Positions 22,872 through 36,005 are shown, numbered from the stretch's first letter. The stretch is 45,123 bases of DNA from Octopus bimaculoides (GCF_001194135.2 NC_068990.1:64776099-64821221); one strand, 5' to 3'. Numbers and translations: made by a program. Notes: a model not told the origin generated them from the sequence alone.

Positions 22872-24534
22872 ATACATACATACATACATACATACTTATA
22901 CTACTGTAGGTTCTTTTTTACATATACATATGGTGACCTTTGAAAAATTCTTAGATACTCTTTGGCTTTCCGTTTGTTATGTTCTGATTAGCTAATTAGA
23001 TAGATTTTCTTTTTAAACAGCTGCATATATGAACTGTATTATATTTTGGGATTAATTGTAACTTTAATTTGTTAAAATACAACAATGTGAGCAAGGCTGG
23101 GGGAGAGAATAAAACTCACAGATGTTTTTAAATAATCTTCTATCAATATGCCAACAAATATACCAAGCTATAGTATATTTATATAGTTGTTACTTTTGAC
23201 AACTATAGTGAATTGTCTGTGGTTAACATTAGTAATTATATGTAGTCCGCTATTTATATTTTTCACCGCATATTTTACTGATCTTAGTTTAGCCTTTCTA
23301 AGAACGCAAACATTAAAAAAGCCTATACCTCCCATTTTGGGACACCAACATAATGTTGCGCACCAAAAATTTTGCTTCCTTAGAGTTAGATACATTGTGA
23401 TGAGAAAAATTATGTCTTTTTCTAGTCAACAAGGACAAAAGAGTCAAACCCTGGGTTTTTTTAGATGTATTAAGATTTATTTAAAATATACCGGAGTGAT
23501 GAGTGGGTCTGATTTTGGAAGTATGGTGACAACTGTAGATATATTTCAGTACTATTAAACCTCATCAGCGAAAATATTCTGGTAACAATGATATTAAATA
23601 TCAACAAATAGTTTTACTTAGAAAATGCAATCAATCAGAGTTCCTAACCGACTTCTTTCTTCATTTATTTAACAAACATGTGTTTCGTAGTGGTTCTGAA
23701 AACAAAAATTCAAACAATTAGTGTGCAGTTTAAGAATATTGTAGTTTGGGATATTTACACATTAAGCAGCCCTACATTTTTTTACCAGTTTTTAGTTATT
23801 TGTGTTCTTTATGCAATTACTAACCCGAATAGTTTGTCAAGGTCGCTATTAATTATTCTTTGAGGACATTGTGAGATTTTCCCACCAATATCTAACTAGC
23901 AAGTCTCTCAACGCTCCCAGGTGATTTTCTGGTCTGCAATATTTCAACTACTCACTATGGAATGCTTCTGATGATGCTATAAATCCTTAGAGATGCTCTC
24001 GAATTACCGCATATCTCGGTTATATTGTTTGTTTACATTCCAGTTTTTTTGTTTATTTATTTACTAAATAACTTTCGGCTGTTTTGGTAAGGGAATATTC
24101 ATAACCTAATTGTTTTGATTTTTCTTCTGTGATTCACTGTTTAGTAATTCACGGAAAACTTATCCGTCATTTTAACCAGGAATTTTTATGAAGAAATAAA
24201 TATTTGCGCCTACTACATGTAGTTCAAATTTAAGAGTGTTCTTGTTGTGATGGATAAGTTATGAATATGTTGTGAAAGTGCGTGGCTTAGTGGTTAGGGT
24301 ATTCGGCTACTATCAGACTAGTGAAAGAAAGGAGGAAAATATTCTCAAAACCGTATGCCTATCCTGGATTCTTGTAACAGACTAGACTCCGCTAATGGTT
24401 AAGTCTATTACCCAAGTAAGACATGGTGGCATGGATTTCAATTCTGAACACAAAGAATTGGAGCAAATAAATACCACAAGGCATCCGACCCGACGTTTTT
24501 ACACTTCCGCTAATCCACCGCCTTAGATTGATAC

Positions 24535-24670
24535 TTTTTATAGGCTCTGAAAGGATGAAAGGTAAGGTTGACCTCGGTGAGTTTTGAACCTAGAACGCAG
24601 AGTGCAGAGCCAGGACAAATACTGCGTAGCATTCTGTCCGACGCTCTAACGCCTCTGCCAATTCGCCGCT
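24535..24670 (-). mobile_element. tRNA-derived SINE, family A
   Basis: gaaaggatgaaaggtaaggttgacctcggtgagttttgaacc...gctctaacgcctctgccaattcgccgc, the reverse complement of the family A head and central domain. Confidence 0.82.
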
Positions 24671-24876
24671 TATTAGTTCTATCCAGTTTCAGTGACATTC
24701 GATAACTTCGATTCATTGTTGATTGGTAATTAAGGCAGAATATTATAAGATATTTAGTGTTAGAATCAACACGTAGATCTTTTGCCAGTCATGCGCTATT
24801 ACTGAGCTTGTTTAGCGGTTATCTTAACTTGAGTAGGACTATGATTAAAAAGCATTCGAGCCGTAGTCATATAGCC

Positions 24877-25221
24877 CAGTAGTTTTCAACTGGAATCCAT
24901 ATGGCCCTCGAGGGTCCACATAAGCTTTTTGGGGTTCATGCAACAAACAGTTAATTGGAGATCCACAATAGCGGTTTAAGGGCACAGGAAAAATTTTGCG
25001 TTATATGTATGTGTTGGTATGTATTGCAAGAAAAAGTTAGGTTTCTTTCTCTAACATTTTACATAGTTCAACCTACACAAGGGAATGTGTGAAAAACAAA
25101 ACAGGAAATTTGAAAGAAGTTTCTATAAAACTAGTTTTAAACATCGAATGGCTATGGGGGTCCAACCAGAATGAAATAGTAATCAGAGGGGTCCATAAAT
25201 AAAAATGGTCCAGAACCCCTG
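24877..25221. mobile_element. hAT-type MITE
   Basis: Degenerate TIRs cagtagttttcaac and gtccagaacccctg (CAG(T/G)GGTTCTCAAC type); flanking 8-mers atatagcc and atatattc match 6/8, consistent with a decayed 8-bp TSD. Confidence 0.65.
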
Positions 25222-26216
25222 ATATATTCTTTTTTGTTTTATAGTATAACTAGGACTGTATTATTCTCATCCATTCCTACCTCTTTTTAAGACGAAAAGA
25301 TGTCGTATGTGGGTGATTTAACTGCTATTTCTAGTTGATCCAACAACTACATACAGGTTCCTTGATTGGGAACCAATGGGAACATTGCATACGAAGTTTG
25401 CTTTAAATTGAATTTTACTAAGTTCATTCTGAGTTTGATTCCACCAGGTTACAAGTCTTACAGTTACCGCTCACTAACGACAATGGATGGTTTCTTAGTA
25501 ACGTATCTGGTTTGTGTTATAAGAATGGTATTCAGTACAAGTTGCTGCTGCTTACAGCAGCATTATACTTAAAATACTCTCGTATGCATAAGAATTCTTA
25601 ATTAACTGAAATTTCAGGTATTGCCAATCCGACGTAAAACGCCGGATGTACTGCACTGAAGTAAGTGAATTACCTAACTTAATTAAAAGAAAGGAGTGAT
25701 GTACCGAATGCGTACACTTTTCAGTATATTATCCTTTAGCTTAATTTCCAAATTCATGCCATTAGTCCATCTGTGTTATTCCCCTTAGTTTATTTCATTT
25801 GTAATTAGGCAAATTATATTGACTAAACATTATTCGTAAATAATAATTATTAGCGATAGAAGTAGTACTAACACAAAAAGATAATCTTCATATTCAGCTT
25901 AAAGTGGATGTTTTGCTTGAACACAGAATACTGCGTTATTTAGCTTGAGAGAACCTCTCACATGAGCGCAAGGTGTATAAAAGCGAACATATTTATATCG
26001 TTGGCAGACGAGAATTGTCTTCACCGGTACCGGCACTGCAAGGTCATGTAATTTCGACGTACTTCGCCTCCTCAGCGGCAGACGTCAAACCTGTTGGCTA
26101 TTTCCGAAATCAGTGCCTGAAAAGACATTAAAATTTTGTATATCGTTTGCAGTGAGATTTGGTTCGTATGCCGCTAGCGGACGATACATTGGACGCCAAT
26201 ATTTAGCCTAAAGTTT

Positions 26217-26420
26217 AAAGCGACGATCTAGCAGAATTGTTGGCACGCCGGGTAAAATGCTTAGCGGCATTTCGTTCATTTTTACGTTCTAATTTCAAGT
26301 ACCGCCAAGGTCGACATTACCTTTTCATCCTTTTTGGGGTCAACAAAATAAATACCAGTAATCGACTCACACCTCCCCCAAAATTGCAGGCCTTGTGCCA
26401 AAATTTGATAGCAATATTTA
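26217..26420 (+). mobile_element. tRNA-derived SINE, family A
   Basis: gcgacgatctagcagaattgttggcacgccgggtaaaatgcttagcggc...caaggtcgacattaccttttcatcctttttggggtc. Confidence 0.85.
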
Positions 26421-26754
26421 GCCTAAGGCTAACTACGAATGGGCGGATCTATAATTATGAAATTCCAGCCGTTACGACCTCGTCTTTTTAAGAGACCGAA
26501 GATAACATGAGATAAATTATAATTTTCTTTTATAAAATGCAAAACGAGTTTGAGCTGAAGGAATTTGACTGCTATTTCAGGCATGTTGAGGCTCACTTTT
26601 GACATAAAGTCACAGCTTTTTAGGAAAATATGTCGGACAATTTATGAAATATTGACTCGAACCTAGTTCTTAACGGTAACTTACTTCGCAGCACTGGTTA
26701 ACGGAAACGCAAATTCGACGGAATTAATATAAAATTTGTACTTGTGCGTGTGTG

Positions 26755-26760
26755 CCTATG

Positions 26761-26794
<34 letters not shown>

Positions 26795-27045
26795 TGTATG
26801 TATGTATGCATGTGTGTGTGTGTACAAAACGCAATATCTATATCTATTCTAAATACATACATACATACACACATCCATCCATCCATACGTGCATACATAC
26901 ATACATACACGCACGCGTTCGCATGCACTCGCGCGCACACACACACATAATGCATAAATGCATAAATGCATACATACATACGTACGTACATACATACATA
27001 CATACATACATACATACATACATACATACATACATACATACATAC
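26755..27045. repeat. Compound (TATG)n...(CATA)n microsatellite block
   Basis: Direct inspection; oppositely oriented arrays flank a short unique core. Confidence 0.93.
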
Positions 27046-27048
27046 GTG

Positions 27049-27989
27049 CATATGTTATAAATATTTCAAAGGGAATATTCCAAGGAGGTAGTCTGTCTGT
27101 AATTCTTTTCATTTTGGTATTAGATTCAATATCTTTGCTGCAACAAAAATCAAATGGCTACATGCTTGAGTCGGCAACCACTTTACATATTAATGTGACC
27201 CATAGTTTCTTTGTGGATGGCCTCAAGATTTACTAAAAATAATAATGCAAAAAAAAAAAACCAGCTGGAATTAATAACAACATTTGCAACTGACATAGGA
27301 ATGGAATTTGGCCAAAAGAAATTCTCATATTTGACCGCCGAACGTGAACAATCAGTTCCCTAGACCTACCTGTGCATTAATGGTCCCATTGTTTCTCGAA
27401 CTCCACACAAAGAATGCTACAAGTACCTAGGCATTGCTGAAAATCTATCATACGAAGGTACTGTGAGAGTGACCCGAGAATATTATGCCAGACTAGAGGA
27501 AATCTACACAATAGACGTTAAAACCCGCAAGATCCTGATTCCAACTGAAAACTCCGCAGAAATAACGATATCGACAAAATCTACCTAAGAAGTAACGAAG
27601 GAGTTAGAGGCTTGAAATTAATGCAGACAGCCTTCAAATGTCAAATAATCTCTCTCAGACAGTATTTGTTAAACAACGGCAAAACTACATTAATTTAGTG
27701 CTGGAAACTGCAGCGAGCTCCTCAGGAAATTCTCTCTTCTTGATGACCTCAAAACAACCGGACCAACATACTTCAAAGAAGACCTGGATGTGAAACGCTC
27801 AGCATACCAAAAAAAGACTATGCATGGGTATGTTTCCCGAAGACTTGAAGACGACACTATAGTCCACATGAAGCGCAGCCTCTCTTGGATTCGTGACCAC
27901 TATATCACTTCACACTTCGAATGCTATGCATTTGCAATCTAGGAACAGAAGGTTGTTTCGAAATACCCAATAAACAAGAGACAGTGAAG
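27049..27989 (+). mobile_element. R4/Dong-type RT fragment (TACA-associated lineage)
   Basis: INISKGIFQGGSLSVILFIL, SFFVDGLKIY, YKYLGIAENLSYEG, FECYAFAI*EQ; starts right after (CATA)n and ends at the hAT remnant. Confidence 0.9.
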
Positions 27990-30024
27990 CCATTGGAGCA
28001 CTGGATGGGATGGCGGTGTTATACTTGGTAAATAGGTCGATGAAGACCTACTCACCCAAAAAGGTGACTTTGGTCAGGGCCTGATTCGAGACGGCCTCCA
28101 ATCAGGTCTTCACCAAGTTCTGCGCCTTAGACTTCAATTACCTGTAGCCCCTGCTCTCCCGGAACGGAGTGATGTTGCTGAAGAAATCATCTTCTTCATC
28201 CTCATTGATGGTGGTACTGCTATCCTCCTCATTGGTCTCCATTAGGGCTGTCTCTACGACGATCTCTATGGCGTTCGTTACTCTGCTAACCTGACTGTTA
28301 TTACACTGCACCAGCCAGAACAAGTGCAATTTGGCGTGGATCGGCAGCAGCTTCATGAATGTCTAGTAAGAGATCAACTTTTGTACCAAACTGCATAAAT
28401 GCCATAACGAAGTTTTTTGCTATCAATCGTGGTCCTGGTTACCTTGTCTTGCAGATGGAACTTTTTACGGATGTCCACCATCTTGGGCGAGAACATCAAA
28501 CGTGTGATGTCGTCTGAGTCGAGAGCAGGCCAGATCGGCGTGTTGTCTCGTGCGGGTCTTGGGGTCCAGCCAGTGTGCCGTCATCCCCAGGTAGGACCTG
28601 TTGTGGGCCGACCAACAGTCCGCGGTGGTCGCCACCCGGGGAACATCCTTGAGCAATCTGCAACTAAAAAATATTAAATTGTAAAGAAACATGATTTGTA
28701 AAGCTAAAAACTTAAAATTATATATATATAATCAAGGTAGCAAGCAGCAATTTCAAACCAACAAGGAAATAATTCACCGTCACTAAGATTGACAAGGGTG
28801 CAGTGAGCACCAGCATTGCTAGAAATAGGAGTCGTAGACTCCTTAGCCACAAAATCACATGGTCTCTTTGTATTGATAGAGAAGAAAACTCTCCCCACTT
28901 TGAGCGAGATGCGTTAGATTAGCATGCTAATTTCGTATAGGAAATTAATACTCATCAGTAATGCTCACTCCATCACAGCTGGTAGAGGCAAACTCACCTT
29001 GTCAATATTATGGAGAATATCATTAGAATCAGTGACTGATTTCACAAAATGGCAATGTGAAAATTATATAATAATCAAAGTAGCTAGCAGCAATTTAAAA
29101 CCAACAAGGAAATAATTCTCCGTCACTATATATAAACTGATGCAGAGTATGGTCAAGGTCTACTAAAAATACTAGCTTCTCATCCGGCCAAGGTGGAGGA
29201 TCCCACTATATGCAGCGGCAGCATGTTGTCGACAAACAGGTCTACAATTTTTCTGTCCGCCATAGACTAACGGACGCCAATGCGTTTGGGTAAACGCTTC
29301 GCCAATGCTGGGCTGGCGTACTTTCTTTGCCCATGACTGCGACGGCTGGCTACTAGCACTGCTACCAGAAGATTGTCTGTTTCCCACAGGAAGATCCGGG
29401 TTTGATCCTCTCCTCAAACTGGATGGCATGCGCTGAGTGTTTTCTCTCGACATGCGACTTCAAGTTGTAGAGGCTCGCAGCTTGTCCCCTTGATGGTGGT
29501 CTCCTTGGGCTGGCACATAACGCACCGGAAGTACAGGATTTTTGAGGTTTCTCTTATCCCTTGAGGTAAGGACAAAGTAGTCCTCCATGTGGGGCCACGG
29601 GTTTTGAGACTTCTGGTTCTCAACCTGGGCGACCTCTGCCTCACCCACAGCCATTGCAGACTCCTCAACAGACCCTCCATCCTCCGACAGAGCAAAAGCG
29701 TCTTAACCTTTCATAACGATAAGTGATAATTGATAAGCCGGTAACGTACACTGCTGTCGCCGAAACTGTAAGACTGTCTGTAATGTTACAACGTCGTAAA
29801 TGAACACGCCAATAGCCTGACGGAATCTTCGAGACACGGCCACGGCAAACAGGAATAAACGTATGAAATTTGTTAGTGGACTTAAAGTTAGCGAAACTAA
29901 ATTTAGCGGAAGCTGATTGGTCCTCTGACGGTATCCAAAGTTATCGAAAACGCTGATCCGCTAAACAAAAAGTTAGCTTCGCTAATTAGCTGTTAGCAGA
30001 TTGGCAGAACCGTGCCCACCACTG
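27990..30024 (-). mobile_element. hAT transposon, internally deleted, one end missing
   Basis: End cagtggtgggcacggttc with GCTAA subterminal repeats; BED-finger remnant PWPHMEDYF...CVMCQPK; DLFVDNMLPLH; VATTADCWSAHNRSYLGMTAHW; KYNTAIPSSA (dimerisation domain). Confidence 0.9.
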
Positions 30025-30047
30025 TATGTGTGTGTGTCTGTGTGTGT

Positions 30048-30086
<39 letters not shown>

Positions 30087-30539
30087 NNNNNNNNNNNNNN
30101 NNNNNNNNNNNNNNNNNNNNNNNNNNNNNNNNNNNNNNNNNNNNNNNNNNNNNNNNNNNNNNNNNNNNNNNNNNNNNNNNNNNNNNNNNNNNNNNNNNNN
30201 NNNNNNNNNNNNNNNNNNNNNNNNNNNNNNNNNNNNNNNNNNNNNNNNNNNNNNNNNNNNNNNNNNNNNNNNNNNNNNNNNNNNNNNNNNNNNNNNNNNN
30301 NNNNNNNNNNNNNNNNNNNNNNNNNNNNNNNNNNNNNNNNNNNNNNNNNNNNNNNNNNNNNNNNNNNNNNNNNNNNNNNNNNNNNNNNNNNNNNNNNNNN
30401 NNNNNNNNNNNNNNNNNNNNNNNNNNNNNNNNNNNNNNNNNNNNNNNNNNNNNNNNNNNNNNNNNNNNNNNNNNNNNNNNNNNNNNNNNNNNNNNNNNNN
30501 NNNNNNNNNNNNNNNNNNNNNNNNNNNNNNNNNNNNNNN
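30087..30539. other. Assembly gap
   Basis: N run in (TA)n. Confidence 1.
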
Positions 30540-31216
30540 TATATATATATATATATGTATATGTATATATGTATATATCTATTTTGCCATCTATAGCTAT
30601 ATTTATCTATCTATTTTTCCTCTCTCTCTTTTTCTCTCTCTCTCTCTCAGTATATATATGAATATATGTATACATGTACATACGTATGTGTGCGTGCACG
30701 TGCGCACATACATAAACACAATCATACATATATACATGCTTGTGCGTATGCATGCATTTGTGTTTGTATTTGCATGTATGTATGTATATATGTAAGAACA
30801 GATCATAAAAGGGTCGTAATTAAATACTGCAAGTAATTATTGTCCGGCACCCTGTTATCGACAGTGATTCCATCGACTTGATATATTCTCAAATACATTC
30901 AACGACACACCTCGGTTTTGCTGTGAAGATGTAAAGACGAATCATTGAAAAGCATGCGTTCAGTTGTCTTACAACCCATCTCAACTCCACCACCACCACC
31001 ACCTCTCTGTTCCGTATGCCACCAATTAGTTGGATTTATGTGATCAATCAATCGTTGGCTGCCACGACTGAAGTGAAGGGCTTCTTTTGACGTTCAGATT
31101 GCTGTCTAATTTCGCTATGATCAGGAAATATAGGTAGCGGAATAGAACAAGGTCAATTAAAAATGGCAAGGCTACTTGCCAATAACAGGGCTTTGAAATA
31201 GGCTAGCAGCCAGCCA

Positions 31217-31257
<41 letters not shown>

Positions 31258-31669
31258 NNNNNNNNNNNNNNNNNNNNNNNNNNNNNNNNNNNNNNNNNNN
31301 NNNNNNNNNNNNNNNNNNNNNNNNNNNNNNNNNNNNNNNNNNNNNNNNNNNNNNNNNNNNNNNNNNNNNNNNNNNNNNNNNNNNNNNNNNNNNNNNNNNN
31401 NNNNNNNNNNNNNNNNNNNNNNNNNNNNNNNNNNNNNNNNNNNNNNNNNNNNNNNNNNNNNNNNNNNNNNNNNNNNNNNNNNNNNNNNNNNNNNNNNNNN
31501 NNNNNNNNNNNNNNNNNNNNNNNNNNNNNNNNNNNNNNNNNNNNNNNNNNNNNNNNNNNNNNNNNNNNNNNNNNNNNNNNNNNNNNNNNNNNNNNNNNNN
31601 NNNNNNNNNNNNNNNNNNNNNNNNNNNNNNNNNNNNNNNNNNNNNNNNNNNNNNNNNNNNNNNNNNNNN
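31258..31669. other. Assembly gap
   Basis: N run in (TA)n. Confidence 1.
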
Positions 31670-31675
31670 TATATA

Positions 31676-31711
<36 letters not shown>

Positions 31712-31805
31712 TGTGTGCGTGTGTATATGCACCTACGTATATATGTATATATACATGTATGCGTGTGCATATGTATATGTTTGTGTGTATGTGTATATGT
31801 GTGTA

Positions 31806-31849
<44 letters not shown>

Positions 31850-32505
31850 CATATACTTAAATATATACGGATACGCAAACACACACACCCACACTCACAC
31901 ACACACACATTCACACACCCACACTCACACACACACACATTCACACACACACACATACACACACACACACATTCATGTACGAGCGTGGGCACACATACAA
32001 GCACACACATACGCATGCCTGATTATAAATATCAACCAGGACATATACCGTTGCATACATTTCCATATGTTTGATGTGAACGCTTACGCAAAGTATAATT
32101 ATAATAGTAATCTAGCAATATAAAACTCTCTATATTATGGACACACATATCAATATGGACATCAAGTTATTCCACAACCAATTGATTTCACCACATTGAA
32201 AATGGATGTCGTCAGGGAGACACTAGAAGCGAAAAGACCGAAATTACAGCAGTTCCCGCTTAAATATGAATAGTTCGATTAAGTCCGTTAAGTGATAGCC
32301 GGAGAACTTCCAAAAATTACGGCTGATAACGGCATTTCTGTAGAACTTTGATATCAAGCAAAAATGAAAATGAGGTTAGACAGCTTCTAATCACTACAAA
32401 CGAATTACCCATGTATTTTGAAATTCAAATATATGGCTCTCTATCACATGATATTCGTGAATATCAGTCGGAACACAAACAGACGCACACGCACGCACGC
32501 ACGCA

Positions 32506-32555
<50 letters not shown>

Positions 32556-32699
32556 GTCACATCATTCTAAAGAATTCTAATCGTCCGCTGCTTAGATTTT
32601 TGCCTCACATTAAGGTTTTCTAAAGAGCAAACTAGAATTTCTTTTGATTTTGTCATCAATGGAATAGATACTGGTATAAAATTACAGTTGTGACGAATT

Positions 32700-33125
32700 T
32701 TTAGCGTTGTTGTTTTGGCAGCATCATCCACTATGAATACTGTGGCTGTGCCGATTCGTCTGCGTAGTTTCGAATGTCAAGAGTTACATCCAAATAATTC
32801 ATTCTTCAGATGGTTTCGAAGAACTTAGCGATATATTAATGGAAGGTCTTCTAGGTTGAAAGTTCTTTCAGATCTCTAAATCCCTCTCAGGTTGATATTC
32901 TGCAGTCAGGCCATCTCAGGTCACGAGAGCATTCATCTTTGAAAAGCAAAGGGCTTTCTCTGAGCCGAGCAGTTCCGCTTGAAACTTAGTTTTGTTATTC
33001 TGCTCGTGAACCTCTTCGGCTGATGGTGGCCTTGAAAAAGCCTTCATTGAAAACATTTTCAATCATTTTTTCCATAGTTTCAGACAAAGCCTCACATGTT
33101 CTTGATGTGGACGGTCATCCACTGT
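32700..33125 (-). mobile_element. Highly decayed mariner-like fragment
   Basis: Minus strand HSG*PSTSRT resembles RSGRPSTSRT; boundaries uncertain. Confidence 0.4.
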
Positions 33126-34751
33126 GAATAGTTCGCGTGATATAAGGCAAAAATACAAAAACGTGTTTCGTCGATATGAAATTCATTTCTCTTTCTGTGA
33201 ATAGTCAGGAAGATTAAAAGTAAGATTTTATATTTCATGATCAAGTTTCGGTACATAAAATTAAGACTTCTTTTCTATAAGTTGTTTTTCCTGTCTATAG
33301 CAGAATCAACATTTTCGGAGCATCTCTAAATACAAAAGCTTTCTTCTGAAGATTTATACAACCTCAAGATAACAACTTGGTGGATATATTTGGCTCGAGT
33401 TAAATGTAGTCATAAAATACGAATGATCTTTGCTAGAGGAATTCAGCTCTGCACTCAGGGCTGTTGTCCAGTCAAAACCATTTAAGACATCTTTCCAATG
33501 TATTTCAAAATTTCATTTCTATGTGCAGACTAATAACCTGGTACACTTTCTCAGAATGCGTGCCGGGCTATTTCTACCGTACTCTGCCAAGGCAAACTAA
33601 TGGTGGTAAGATGCAGTTGCTGGTATTTTATCTGGGTTTAGAAATTCGATAGCTTGTCTCTAGACATCCATAGCATGCTTAACCATCACTGAATTGGTAG
33701 AATTTTTATAGAATAGGAGTGCACATTCTATTGGAGATTGCATAGAGGCATAATAGGTAACAAATGCAATGTTATCTCCTCTAAATAGTCCTCTCTGTAG
33801 AAATAGTAGAACATGCTCTAACTAGCTATATTTTTGGCCCCATCTAAGAATCTTTCGATTGGAAATACGTTACATTTTAGGACCGCAACAGCAGTTGTTT
33901 TCAAATTAATTGCTGGGACAAAGGAGTATCTCTCAGTATGAGTGTGCTTTTTCGTATGCAGAAGGTGGTAACATAATATGTGGTCTACTCAGACCATCTT
34001 CGGTCATGGTATGCAACTGTCCCACGGAATGAAATTAGAAAAGTTGTTGAGCTGTGGCTGAGATCTTAGCTGTCCAAGACTTGAACGATGAATAGTCCTT
34101 TTCAGACAAAGGTATTAAATGTTTTCACAGACAGAAGTAGTCATTCATTCCTCTTATTAGAACTGCTGATGCCCATTTGTTATAGCTTACGGCGAATGCA
34201 AAGATATGCTAATGTAGATGGAGATGCGAGGCTCACGATTCACAGTATCTGGTCTTTACAAGAGTATGAGATATTCCTTATCTGTTATAGATGGTATTCT
34301 AACCGATGGTGAGGACAATATAGTAATCACGCTTGACTTGATATTTCAAACAAGAATCATTCTATCTCATAGAGACAACAGATTTGAGGCTTGAAGGTAG
34401 TGAGTCTTCTTGATATTCTGGTGAATTTGAAGCGTTTATGATTAAATATATCTTTTCTGATTTTATGGGCAGGATAAAGGCATCTAAAAAATCTCGACTC
34501 TTCAAAACACATGCCCCTCTTGAGAACAAGGAAAGTGGTTCTTTTTTTTATTTTTCGAGCATTCTCATCTTGTGACCCTGAAAATCGTCCTCTTAGCTGA
34601 ACTTTTAATCTGATCTTGTTGACTAATGCCCAGTTTTTCAAGATTTGCCACTCTCAGTGAATGAATCTGCATCAGATGTTAAAACTTGAAGAACAGTTTT
34701 CTTGTCCCCTTTCCTGCACAAGAAACATTTTTGAATAAACAGTGCTTTGGG

Positions 34752-34852
34752 AAGGGGCGTAGTTTAGTGGTTAAGGTATTCGGCTCACAATTGTAAGGTC
34801 GGGTGTTCGATACCCGGTTGTGCGTTGTGTTCTTGAGCAAGATACTTCACGT
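34752..34852 (+). mobile_element. tRNA-derived SINE head fragment
   Basis: A box tagtttagtgg, B box gttcgatacc, then gcgttgtgttcttgagcaagatacttcac; no tRNA acceptor stem. Confidence 0.75.
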
Positions 34853-35460
34853 TAGGACTACATCAAGAATACACTAGATAAGGCCAAAATCTTGGAAAAG
34901 GAATAGGAAAGCTTCGTTTTAGATCGTTCATCATAAAGGGAAGCAATGCATGATGAGATGGAAGAATTCGAACGAAATTGTATGAAGCATTAGAAGTTCA
35001 AGAATGATGTTCGTAAGAGACTTGGCGTTAATTTGCCAGAGAATATTGTAGCACAACACGATTTAATATGGAACGAAAGTAGTCGTATATAAGTAAGAGA
35101 GGTCTTAAGAATTATCATAGAAGTCACAGACACAGGTAAGTTGTTTACTACGTTATTATATCGCATTTCTACTTACAACTGAGTGGGGAAAAGAATGTGC
35201 ATCGGGAGGCAGACTGAACTGTCGTATGGGGCCTTACCAAAGCAATATTGTAATAATTTACTGCAAGAGGCAACCCATACTTGCCATACCCGTGTAAAAG
35301 AGTGTAATTTTTATCTAACAGGACTGAAAAACACATTTATGCTCATGTTTAATAGAACAATAAAAAAAATAGCATTACTTGAAATTGAGTTGCAGCCATC
35401 ACACACACAGAGATTTATGTATATATGTATTTAATATATAGATATGAGTGTATGGACCAG

Positions 35461-35745
35461 TTTAACTTCCACAGGCGTCCCCGATATTTCAACATCTCTC
35501 TGGCCGAACTCAGCCCTTCGATGTCACCGACGCCGGAAAGGTATCGTCATCAAACCGGCCGACTAGGGTGGAGGTGAAGTAGTGTGGCGCGCAGACCTTT
35601 TCAAAGCTGAATCTTACCTTCAACTTGAAGACACCACCTTCTATTGCCCTCTGCCTCCCAAAACCACGGCTAACTACCAACAGTGTCTTCCACTATTCAT
35701 GACCTCATTTCCTCTTCCCATCTCCCTCCTACCGCCACCATGAAC
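35461..35745 (+). mobile_element. Penelope-like element RT N-terminal fragment
   Basis: KGIVIKPAD*GGGEVVWRADLFKAESYLQLEDTTFY corresponds to the PLE motif DIVIKPADKGGAVVVW...Y...QL.D..FY. Confidence 0.85.
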
Positions 35746-35789
35746 AGGAATTAATCTTCTCTCTTTGCTCTTTGCCCCATATGGGCACA

Positions 35790-36005
35790 ACTCACCTCTT
35801 CTCTTCATCTGATACCAACCCACAAAGATTCCCACACACCTCCCTCATTTTTCCTCATTCCTTTCTGTCGAAGAATGTAGGATCGAAACGCAAAAGACTT
35901 TTCCATTTTTCCCAAGCGTTAAACAAATACACTTGTTCGTTGTACCTACACCTGTCTTTGTCTTCTGGTTTTTTTTTGTTTGTTTCTTTTTGTAAATTTG
36001 AACTA
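35790..36005 (+). mobile_element. Penelope-type terminal repeat with decayed minimal hammerhead
   Basis: ctttctgtcgaagaatgtaggatcgaaacgcaaaagactt...cacctgtctttgtc; homologous to 39110-39250 on the minus strand. Confidence 0.7.

Noticed and set aside
23187-23558. 123-aa ORF with a hydrophobic N-terminus
   Set aside because: TTG start, AT-rich, no recognisable motif or splice structure; consistent with chance.
23960-24010. CTGATGA hammerhead core
   Set aside because: The downstream partner is GAAT, not GAAA, and stems II and III do not form.
26056-26086. HDV-like ribozyme look-alike (cgc-ctcctca-gcg loop; gacgt/acgtc stem)
   Set aside because: P1 is only 5 bp, there is no GG after P1 to form P1.1, and no convincing P2.
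32185-32225. IENGCRQGDT, resembling an RTE RT motif
   Set aside because: A single short motif without flanking similarity; at most a tiny LINE scrap.
34752-34825. tRNA gene
   Set aside because: A and B boxes are present but no acceptor stem forms and SINE body follows; the same applies to the other SINE heads.
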